A stretch of DNA of 64,000 nucleotides from Octopus bimaculoides (lineage: Eukaryota), in the NCBI RefSeq assembly GCF_001194135.2, contig NC_068983.1:122899435-122963434 (forward strand), given 5' to 3'. The position numbers were made by a program, and so were the translations under genes. This document shows, piece by piece, positions 26,210 through 36,283 of the stretch. Position 1 is the stretch's first letter; every line of letters begins with the position of its first letter. The notes under the pieces are model-generated. The model worked only from the letters and a program-made list of their open reading frames with translations, did not search any database and was not told the DNA's origin.

Positions 26210-27869
26210 CCTTCAAGTTCCCCTTGTATATTCCTAAGGTCAAACTTACACTGCTAATATCTGATGATGTCAGACACATCAATAAGACTATAAATGGCAG
26301 TAGGAAGTGGAAGCTCCAGGAAACTGAAATGTACTCAAACCATCAGGGGATCATAGGTGTAGTTTGATAAGGATGGCCAGGATTCAGTAATCCTAATGCC
26401 AAAAGTTGGAGCAATGCCAATGGAAGAAGAATGAGCGAACTCTTAGTGCAGAGGATACAAAAAGTAAAAATAGTAGGACTTGCTTGCTTGGAACAGTGGA
26501 TGGAACCTGAGTGACCGCTGACCAGGAAGAAATCTTGGAGCACTGACCAGGGTAAGTTGTTCTACCTCCTATGTGCTGTGGATGACTTCTTAACTCCAAA
26601 CCACCTTAAAATCAGGGCCAAAGAAGTGGACCCAGAGCCTGCAAACAATGTGGAGCAGCTCTTTGCACCATGAACCATATTTTGATTGGAACTGGTGGCA
26701 ATAATACCATTCCAATCGGACATAGTTCTTCTACCTGGGCAAACAAAATCCATTTTGGTAGCATAACTTACAATTCACCTAAGAAGACAGACTTGACATC
26801 TCACAGCAATTGTGATGACACACAGCTGCATTCCTCATAGCAGCTGATTGTCACAACTTTTCAGAAAGTTCAGTACATCGTTTCTTGCAGAAGATGAACC
26901 CATTCTGTTGGCGAAGGCTTACTCGTCTCACCATCTCCACTCAGGTAAAGTGTAGTGACTCAAGAATGAAATTCTTGTGATCCTGAGATACTTCTTACTG
27001 AAGATACAGAAGAGTTTCCAACAAGCTTTGGTCACCATGAAGAGAAAGTGCTAACAATATCTTTAAGTAATTCCTGCAGTTTCTGTTTGGGAAGGAGCAA
27101 TCTGATGTTTATTTGACACATTTACACACACGCATGTACATCTGTGTACGTTTATTGAAACTGAATGTTAATCTCACAATTCATGTTTCAGTTAATATTA
27201 ACACAAAGCAATATAAGTATTTGGTGGTACATTATATTCATTGGTGTGGGTTTGGTTTCCTGTTTGTATCAGTTTACTGTTTTGATTTCACATCTTTTGA
27301 TTAGTTTTTCATTTGTACCTTTTCATTGTTTATTTTTTCTATAGCCTGGTATTTGTCTGTATTTTCTGTTATTTTATTTTTATTGGTCTGTTTATTTGCA
27401 GAATATATATACTAATATAATTAAGGCAGTCTGTTTTTTGACCAAGTTTGTTTTGTTAAATAAGAATTGTTGTGTGCTTTATATTTAGAAACATTAATGC
27501 TCATGATAGAATGATTCTGTTACTGGGAATTTTGATTTGGTCAAAGACATTTTAAAAGCTTGGGTGCGTGTTTTTTGTTGGTGGTCATTTGTAGATTTTG
27601 TATTTTTTCTTTTATTCCTTCTCTTTGTTATTAAAGCTAATTAAAGTACATGCTGTTAAAACAATTAAGGATCTATCATTTATGGAAGGGATGAAAAGTG
27701 CATTATATTGCAATTAATATTTATGGTTGAGTGGCCATTGCTATTATGCTGGAGAATGTAGTGTTGCGTTCTGAAGTTGTTAAGCTAATTAGAGATATTT
27801 GTTTCTTAATTTCATTAGAGAATCTGGGAATGTACTTTTTAAATTAATCTGCCTGTCTTCCTGCCTGCC

Positions 27870-27900
<31 letters not shown>

Positions 27901-28307
27901 ATGTATGTATGTATGCATGCATACTTGTCTGTACGTATGTATGCATGCATACTTGTCTGTATGAATGTATATATGTATGAATGTATGCGTATATTCATAT
28001 ATGCATGTATACACACATACAAATACCTACCGATATGTATACAGCAACATGCATAGGTGGAGGAAAGTATTACATCCATGCAACGTAGACATGAGAATAC
28101 ACATTGCCTGACTGAAAACAAATTTATAAACAATTCTCACAGTAATTTCTGATTTAATAAAAGTACTAGTTTTGATATTCAGGATATATTCTTCTGAAGT
28201 GGTGAAATTTGGCAATAAGTGTGAAGTGGTTCCTAAAAGTTGTACACAGTATGGTGTAAAATATTATTTACATTTGACGGATATTTGTCCTCATCTTGTT
28301 TGTTGTT

Positions 28308-28353
28308 AACACAACGTTTCGGCTGATATACCCTCCAGTCTTCGTCAGGTGTC
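28308..28353 (-). ncRNA. Minimal type I hammerhead ribozyme
   Basis: GACAC-CUGACGA-A-GACUG-(10 nt)-CAGCC-GAAAC-GUU^GUGUU; stem I GACAC/GUGUU; stem II has one A-C mismatch; stem III possible only through the AACGUU palindrome. Confidence 0.65.
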
Positions 28354-28430
28354 TTGGGAAATTTTGAATCTGGGTTCTCATTCCTAACGATGTTACTATT
28401 ATTATATTATTATTATTATTATTATTAATA

Positions 28431-28506
28431 ATCAGGTCGCTGCCGTGAATCGAACTCGGAATTTTGGGGTTAGTAGCCCGCGCTCTTAACCACTACGCCA
28501 TATGCC
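28431..28506 (-). mobile_element. tRNA-derived Pol III head within the Penelope 3' region
   Basis: A-box TGGCGTAGTGG, B-box GTTCGATTC, short anticodon-like arm (GGG-CTACTAA-CCC), followed by (AAT)n; acceptor stem incomplete, so not a functional tRNA. Confidence 0.7.
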
Positions 28507-29149
28507 CGTGGGCAATTATGGAGTGAATTTTAGGGCTTATAAATCTATTATTTTTCTATCCTTCCTCAATACCGGTTCCCATATGCTAGTCATATCTGCA
28601 CTCGGTCTGCTTAGGAGGTTGTTGTGTCCTAGCATATGTGCTGCTTTTAGTTTTCGTATTTTCCAGTGTTGTTCCCTGTCTATTATTTTAACTTTATCCC
28701 ACAGGGGGAGGTGGTCTCCATTTTGCCATACATGATCAGCTATACCCGATTTATCAATATCTCCTCGTGTCACAGCTTTGCGATGTTCTTCTACCCTTAT
28801 TTTGAGGGGGTGACATGTTTCGCCTTTGTATAACCTACCACAGCTGCATGGGATGGAGTACACGCAGTTTTTGGTCATATTCTCTTCTGTTGGTGTAAAA
28901 TAGTTGTGTAAAATAGTGGTGTAAAATGGTGTCAAATAGTTTAGGAATGTTTTCAATGGATGTGCACTGGAGAGAAATGTTTTCAGCAATTATAATTTTC
29001 TGTAATCAATAAATTGCAGTCCCAATAGTTAAATGAATTGAAACAAATCTTAAAGGAAAAGAAACACATTGTTATAAATAATTTCTTAAATGTTCAACCA
29101 TGTGTTTCTTTCTAAGTCTGGTCTTCTTAGACATTCAAAATATACACAA

Positions 29150-30020
29150 ATCAAACTAAGTTAGCAACAACATCGTGGTGCATAGGGAGGTAGTACCGTG
29201 ACAACATTTTAGGGCAGCTGCTAATCACATCCATGATGTCTTCCACAAAAAACATGACATAGCCTACACATGCAGTTGCACCTTGGTATTGCAGGAGCGC
29301 CATTGTCTGTCTTGTCCACCAGATACTTCTAGCAATCTCCTGTTCCTGGATTGCAAACACATAGCCTTCAAAGTGTGATGTGATGTAGTGGTCTTGTTTC
29401 CAAAAGAATCTGCACTTCATGTCAATTCTACTGTCTTCTTCAAGCTTCCAGGCTACATATCTAAGCATGGTCTTTCTTTTGTATACTGAGCGCTTTCCAT
29501 CCAGGTCTTCTCTGAGGTAAGAGAGCTCAACTACTTTGGGGCTCTATAGGAGATCATCAAGAAGTGAGTGTTCCTTGAGGAGTTCACTGCCAACTCATAC
29601 AATGTTGCTCATTTCACTTTTCAACACTGCATTAATATATTTATTTTTGCTGCTGTTGTTTAGCAGGTGCTGCCTGAGTGATACCATATGGCATTCGAAG
29701 GCCGTCTGCACTGATCTCAGGCCTCTACCACCTTCATTTCTTCTTAGGTAGAGCCTGTCAACATCAATGTTGAAGTTCCCAGTTGTTATCAGGATTTTGC
29801 AGGTTTTGATATCTATGGAGTGAATTTCCTCTACACACCAATCAAGTACCCCAAATGTTGGGATCAGCACTGGTACTACAAACACATTGTGGGATATTGT
29901 TTTGCTGTGAGAGGAGAGTTCCAACTGCCATATTTCCCTAAGCCTAGTGTAATATTCTCAGGTCACTCTATCTTTATTCACAGTACCTTCATATGATACA
30001 TTTTCATCTATGCCTAGGTA
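29150..30020 (-). mobile_element. R4/Dong-like non-LTR retrotransposon fragment (RT C-terminus)
   Basis: KYLGIDE, VVPVLIPTFGVLDW, DVDRLYLRRNEGGRGL, EGYVFAIQEQEI, SCPKM...HDVVA motifs. Confidence 0.8.
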
Positions 30021-30026
30021 CTTGCA

Positions 30027-30165
30027 TGTATGTATGTAAGTATGTATGTATGTATGTATGTATGTATGTATGTATGTATGTATGTATGTATGTATGTGTG
30101 TGTGTATGTATGTATGTGTGTATGTATGTATGTATGCATGTATGTATGTATGTATGTATGCATAT
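30027..30165. repeat. (TATG)n compound microsatellite
   Basis: Direct reading. Confidence 0.95.
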
Positions 30166-30703
30166 ATCATCATGATACAAAAGCATTTGTGGTATTTTAA
30201 CCATTGCCTTCTATATGCAAACATTATTTATGCATATGTGCTCTCACACACACACACACACACTCACACACATCTATGTCTATGTTTTATACGAGTGTGT
30301 AAACACGAATATGCGATTATGATTGAGCTTATCATAAATACAAATTTATTTCTTGAGTCAATATTTAATGTAACTTAATCAATATCAGACTTACATAAAA
30401 AAAAAAACCCATGAGCTTCAATTTTATTTCTAACTTTTATTCAGCAAAGCAAACATGGGGACCAATTGAAACTGTAACAATAGCATCTAACAAGGACATT
30501 TGTAGAAATAAACCTAGATTCTTGTGACCTTTTCCAATTCAATATATGTAACATAGCGTCAAATTTCTAATCTGTTTCCATCTAATCTTGTTTTTCATTT
30601 GTGCTTCGCAGATAAAAGCAGGCGAATATTTTCTGAAAGCTGCATATCCATATTAGAGGTAGATTGTTTCGTGTGAGTAAATCTCTTCAATGTCGTTGTC
30701 GGA

Positions 30704-30789
30704 ATAATAATAATAATAATAATAAAAACAACAACAACAATAATAATAAATTCTTTATTATTGTTATCACAACAAGAACATCATCAATA

Positions 30790-30827
<38 letters not shown>

Positions 30828-30980
30828 AATAAGAATAAGAACAGCACTAACACAACAACAGCATTAACAACAACAAAAACAAGAACAGCAACAACAACAA
30901 CAACAATAATAATAATAATAATGATAATGATGATAATAATAATAATAATAATAATAATGATGATGATGATGATGATAATG

Positions 30981-31011
<31 letters not shown>

Positions 31012-31158
31012 TGATGATGGTGATGATAATGATAATGATGATGATAATAATAATAATAATAATAATAATTATAATAATAATAATGATGATAATGATAATG
31101 ATGATAATAATAATAATGATGATGATGATGATAATAATAATAATAATGATAATGATGA

Positions 31159-31191
<33 letters not shown>

Positions 31192-31197
31192 TAATTT
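30704..31197. repeat. Compound trinucleotide array (AAT/GAT/AAC)
   Basis: About 490 bp of alternating ATA, ATG and ACA blocks. Confidence 0.95.
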
Positions 31198-31882
31198 AGA
31201 AGTTTCAAAATTTTGTTTGTTTGTTTGTGACATTAAAAAAAAAACCTTTGTTCTGGTCTAATACACCTTAGATACACTTCTTTTGGTTTCGATTTTAAGA
31301 ATTAAGGACAAGGTTTTATGTATGCAAGATAAGCTTTCTCGTGTAAGATTTCTCTTTGAAAAGTTCCAGTGATATGAAGCATATAACATAAGACTTGGAT
31401 TAATACATAGGTATAGCTGTACACAAAGTATGAATAACAATCATTTCCAATGGATTTCATACATCTGTTAATAAGATGAAATGCAATTGATATCTGTGTT
31501 TCCTTCACAATTGTAGTAACAAGAATATTTCTTAAATCGAGTCAATATAGAAAGAAAAATCTGCAGTCTCTATTAATTATTATTTCTTGCATGAGAATAA
31601 TTATTTGACTGAAACATCAGCATATCAAATTACACCCAAATAGAATTCAATTTTGCCTTCGTAGATTCTTTGTTCAAATCCCACCAGTGTTAACTTTGAT
31701 TTTCAGCCCTTTAGAGCCAATACCAGTAATATACTGGTTTTTATTTGGTTAACTATTGTTTCTTCCCTATACAATAAGAATTTATTGAAGAAAAAAAAAC
31801 AAAACAATAATTATTACACAAGCATGAAACCTGACATTTTTCTGAAAGGTAAAAATATGACATTCAGTAAATACATTAATTA

Positions 31883-32530
31883 CACTGGTCAACAAAATTA
31901 AATGTATTATACTCATTATGAATGCAAACAACTTTTTTAGACTAATTTTTCATGTTGACTTCAAAATTTCACTCCATTTGTATGCAGCACATATCAGGTT
32001 TTTCAGGAGATACATGCAAATATTTACATATTTGTATATATGAAATCATTAAAGTAATGAACAAGGACACATTATTTTTAGAAAGTAAATGAGTTTATTG
32101 AGTTAAAAATCACCACTATCATTCTACAAAGAGTGAATACACAAAAAATGGGTCAGACAAAACAGACTAAGTTACAACAACAGAATTACAAACATTATGA
32201 TTTGGAATTCCTGGGTGTTCCTGATCTGGTTGGGCATGGTAAAGTATCCATCAGTAGTCAGCCAGCATACTATCATTCCAGAAACCTTGGTACTATTTCT
32301 CCATAGCTCTAGTGTCCTGGTGAAATCTTTCACCGTGTTCATCAGACATTGTTCCAAGGTTATCTGCGAAGAAATCCAGATGGGAGTCCAAGAAATGAAC
32401 TTTCAGGGACATGCGTCAACCCATTGCTGAATAACATTTCAGAAGATTCTTGATGCCATCCTTGTAGTCCGTTGCCTTCTTCTTGTCCAAGAAATTCTCA
32501 CAGATTCATTTGAAAGAATTCCAGGCAGGC
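31883..32530 (-). mobile_element. Chapaev3-like (CMC) DNA transposon 3' fragment
   Basis: Terminus CACTGGTCAACAAAAT at 31883; minus translation MSLKVHFLDSHLDFFADNLGTMSDEHGERFHQDTRAMEK*YQGFWNDSMLADY; family assignment from memory. Confidence 0.75.
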
Positions 32531-32559
32531 AGTTCCAGATTAAGAATATGGAGGAAAAA

Positions 32560-32800
32560 AAGAACACAAATTTCAATTTTTATGAAAAACTCCAAAATTG
32601 AACACCCACTTGCCACTCCATCTTGCTGTCTAAAAGCAAAAATGAACGGCTGTTTTGTCCGTTTCCGCATGCGTAGATTTATAGTGAAACAGCAAAAGGA
32701 TCACGGCATGTGAAAACCTCACCATGAAACTCGATATGCTAAAAAATAACGGCTAGATGTCTGGAGAATTCTTGCGTTTGTGTGTGTGCGCGTGCAACAA
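32560..32800 (-). promoter_or_regulatory. Putative promoter / first exon
   Basis: Local CpG cluster with TTTCCG and GCATGCG motifs at the compositional boundary; minus-strand gcaagATGG (32621) then MEWQ and a weak GTGGGT donor. Confidence 0.3.
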
Positions 32801-33042
32801 TTTCTACAGCTTATCCGAATGAACAGAGAAAGAAGTACACAGAAATATATTTTACATACCTGTCATATACGTCGGTTTTGTTTTTTCGCTTTAAAGATAA
32901 ACGATTCTGATAGAAGTAATTAGCCTGCTGTCAATTCATTGGATTAATCCCAACAAAATACAAGTTTAGTTACTGGCTCAGCACCTATGTTTGTGTCCCA
33001 AAAACAATAAAAATTTTAACTTAACAAAAGTTTGATATAATA

Positions 33043-33208
33043 GGCGCAGGAGTGGCTGTGTGGTAAGAAGCTTACTTCCCAACCACATGATTCCGGGTTC
33101 ATTCCCACTGTGTGGCACCTTGGGTAAGTGTCTTCCACTATATCCTCGGGCCAACCAAAGCATTGTGAGTGGATTTGGTAGACGGAAACTGAAAGAAACC
33201 CGTCGTAT
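33043..33208 (+). mobile_element. tRNA-derived SINE (GGCGCAGGAGTGGCTGTGTGG family)
   Basis: A/B-box-like head; homologous copies at 5888-6050, 13645-13795, 58740-58890, 63183-63330. Confidence 0.85.
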
Positions 33209-33989
33209 ACCCAGATATGTATCTATATGTACATGTAGATGAAGGTATGTACATACATGTATATATATATATATGCATATACTGATATATTGTTTGTATC
33301 ACATGACAGAACGCACGTGTTACCTTTACACAGTAAGTTTGGAACTATTTTTCTAACACAACTCTTTCTATCTCTATATCTATCTCCCCCTCTCATCCTT
33401 CCCTCTACTGTTCTTCGCCTCTCCCTGTCACTACTATCTCTCTCTCTCTCTCTCTCTCTCGCTGCTCGTCCTTCGCCTCCCACCGTCACTACTACTATCT
33501 CTCTCCCTCTCTACCTCTCGTTGATCACTTTTATTCTACTTCCTCCCCTTCTCCTCCCTCTGCTACTCTTTCTCCCTACCCGGCGCTGGTCACGTGTGTC
33601 CGGCTGTTATTTCTTTTCGTTCTTGGACTCCTCAAGCTCGCACGTACTTCTTCGCCTCTCCAGTTCGTACTTCACAGCGTTCAATACATACACACTTCTC
33701 CACGTCTGGCTGTACAGCCTTTTTGTTTGTTTATTTTACCGTTTCGTTTTCCTGTCTTGTTTTCCGTCCGCCACTATCCTCCATGAAAAAAAATTTAATT
33801 TGTGTTCGTGGGAAGAGCCATTTTAACGATGCGTACTGCCCTAACTCTTCGAAACGCCGGTGTTTTAATGGTGGAAGCTGACGAAGGATATGTTCTCTAT
33901 GTGGCCTGCTTGTTTGTTGTACCTTGTTTATCATTTTGTCCATGTTCTTTTGCAACGTCATGTACCCAGATATGTATCTATATGTACAT
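33208..33989. repeat. Repeat unit bounded by 27-bp direct repeats (Penelope pLTR-like)
   Basis: TACCCAGATATGTATCTATATGTACAT at 33208-33234 and 33963-33989; carries GAAAC...CTGACGA near its 3' end. Confidence 0.55.
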
Positions 33990-34719
33990 TTTGAAAACGT
34001 GGCTTTTTGCATATTCGGAATCCCCGTCTNNNNNNNNNNNNNNNNNNNNNNNNNNNNNNNNNNNNNNNNNNNNNNNNNNNNNNNNNNNNNNNNNNNNNNN
34101 NNNNNNNNNNNNNNNNNNNNNNNNNNNNNNNNNNNNNNNNNNNNNNNNNNNNNNNNNNNNNNNNNNNNNNNNNNNNNNNNNNNNNNNNNNNNNNNNNNNN
34201 NNNNNNNNNNNNNNNNNNNNNNNNNNNNNNNNNNNNNCCCCACAATTTTCTTTATAATCGTTATCAATACTGCTCGAAAGGTGTTTCTGTAAAATTTCAT
34301 TAAAAGATATCCATTTTCCTGAAAGTTATGATGGAAAAAAAAAGGATCGTGTGAATTTTCCGACAGTCCTCTCCCCACCCCTTCGGAAAAATTTTCCTCA
34401 GAAATTTCTCTATAATCGTAATTTGTGCCATTTGAACGGTATTTCTATAAAATTTCATCAATATATATCCATTTTCCTGAAAGTTATGCGGGGAAAATAA
34501 GATCTTTTGAATTTTCCGAAAGTAATCCCCACCCCACGTTCGTTTGCATAATTTTTTTTTTTCATATTCGTTTTCTACAGTTTTTTTACACCTAGCAGGC
34601 TGGGGTGTTCTTTTGTTTTGTTTTCGTTAACGAGTCTTAAACTTTATATTGACCTACATAACATTAGTTATTTTGTATTAGTAGTTTTCAGCGATAACCG
34701 TGCGGGTTATGTTGTAGTC

Positions 34720-35950
34720 ACTCTGTCAATGATATTCACTATAGGAGTTGATACTTCGGCAAGGTGTAGTGGTTCTATCATCCATGAGTGAGGTACAGAG
34801 TCGAACGCCTTCTTATAGTCTAGCCATTTTGTTAAGAGAGTATGGCGATGTTGCTTGGCCTCCTTAAGAGCAGCTTTGTTGAGGAGAAGCCGAAAGGTTT
34901 TGGCTACATGGGTTTCTTTGTTCTTGGGGATAAGAGTAGTCCGTGCAACAGTCAGCCAATCTGGTATATCTAGCTCAGCTTCTATTGCTTTTTAAAGAGA
35001 GTCGTGAAGATTTCCCTGTAGAACGTGAAATTTTTGTACAAGTAGCCTACTATCAGGTCTCTTCCAAGTGATTTTCAATTCGGCAATTTCATAACCATCA
35101 ATGTTTTACTGGTGATTTTATATATTTTGGGAGAGGCATTTACACAATACTCACTTCGTAGGTCGTTTAACCATGCATTGGAGTTGTGTTCTTTGTTTAC
35201 ATTTCAGGTTTCCCGTCAGAATGACTCCAGGTTTTCCTGGGGAGGAGATTTACTACTATAATGGTATTCGTACTGCGATATACAGCTTGTGGGCTTCGGG
35301 CAAACTTGTGCTTTATCGTTTTCGAAGCTTTTCACTTACCGATCGTAGATCGTGTCTGAGGGTGATCAGTTTGCTTGTGAGTGTTTTTCGGCGGCAATTC
35401 CCAAACAATTTGGAAAATCTATCATGCAGTCTTAGCTGGGGATTCGTGAGTTCTGTTTTAGCTTTGTATTTGATGATAGCGTCCAACTGTCTTATTTTTT
35501 TCTGAGTCTGCTGATGCTATTTTTGAGGGAGGTATCCATTTTGGCTCGGTATCATCCTTTGGATCGGTCTCTTTTACTTCCATCTGTTGGTGCACAATTA
35601 CTGCAGCACAATGTAACAGGACATTTGTTGTCCAATAACTGCGAGCTTGAATTTGAGCTACTTGTTCTCTCTCAATTTCGTCGATCTTGTATAACATCAG
35701 ATCGATGGGGAATTTTTCCAACTCGTTCTCTCATGCAGTGCTTTATGCTTGTAAGTAATGAAATTCTGCTTGAACTAACTTCGATGCAAGCGGTGATTTT
35801 AGTAGTTCATAATCATAACTCGCTTTTGTGGACTCGTAAGTGGTTGCCACATGTCCGTGTAGTGGTGGTGGTTTGTCAATGTTGTATTAGTTTTGGTCGC
35901 GTGGTCGTTCACAATCTTTTCGCGGAAAAAGTTTACCGTATTGTTAATAT
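34720..35950 (-). mobile_element. R4/Dong-like non-LTR retrotransposon 5' fragment
   Basis: Minus translation includes WLTVARTTLIPKNK and WLDYKKAFDSVPHSW; degenerate N-terminal region upstream. Confidence 0.75.
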
Positions 35951-36283
35951 TTGCATTATTTGTACATTTTGACTAAGTAATTTTAGTTGGTAGAGTGGCC
36001 TATTTCTTATGTATGTTTGAATGTATATATGCATGTATTTATATCATTATACAGCTTTATTTCAAGATTGTTTGCCAATAGATAAAGAGTCAGTTTCTAA
36101 CCTAGATCTGTAGCTCCTTCATCGGACTTTCATTTACATAAACAGGGTATTTTTGTATGTATGTATGGTTATGCGCAGATTTGTATGTTCTGTTTTATGT
36201 ATGTATTCTCATGCATAAGGTTGTATGTCCATACTTAAATGATAAACTTCTGGAAAGTTTCATAGATTTTTACAGTTCCTTTA

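Larger units (their letters stand above)
22190..26990 (+). mobile_element. Hero-like RLE non-LTR retrotransposon, degenerate, split by a Gypsy insertion
   Basis: RT fragments LLDVEGKVFW...YIDKNVYKGGV, KEAKGNKNVLSVIWLYLAK; resumes at 26210 (FKFPLYIPKVK...GSRKWK), then WSTDQGKLFYLL, a CKQCGAALCTMNHIL zinc-knuckle-like motif and a decayed DIVL nuclease-like motif. Confidence 0.75.
28255..28989 (-). mobile_element. Penelope-like element 3' fragment (GIY-YIG endonuclease plus pLTR-like region)
   Basis: ORF 28537-28989 with CVYSIPCSCGRLYKGET...RVEEH...SGIADH, typical of the PLE GIY-YIG domain. Confidence 0.9.

Noticed and set aside
28431-28506. tRNA-Ser(ACT) gene
   Set aside because: No complete acceptor stem, no long variable arm, followed by (AAT)n; treated as a tRNA-derived repeat head
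30612-30659. Extra plus-strand exon IKAGEYFSESCISILE
   Set aside because: Good acceptor, but a weak donor, no homology and no partner exons
30864-31208. Poly-His/Tyr/Cys and poly-Ile/Met ORFs
   Set aside because: They are translations of the trinucleotide array, with no splice or start context
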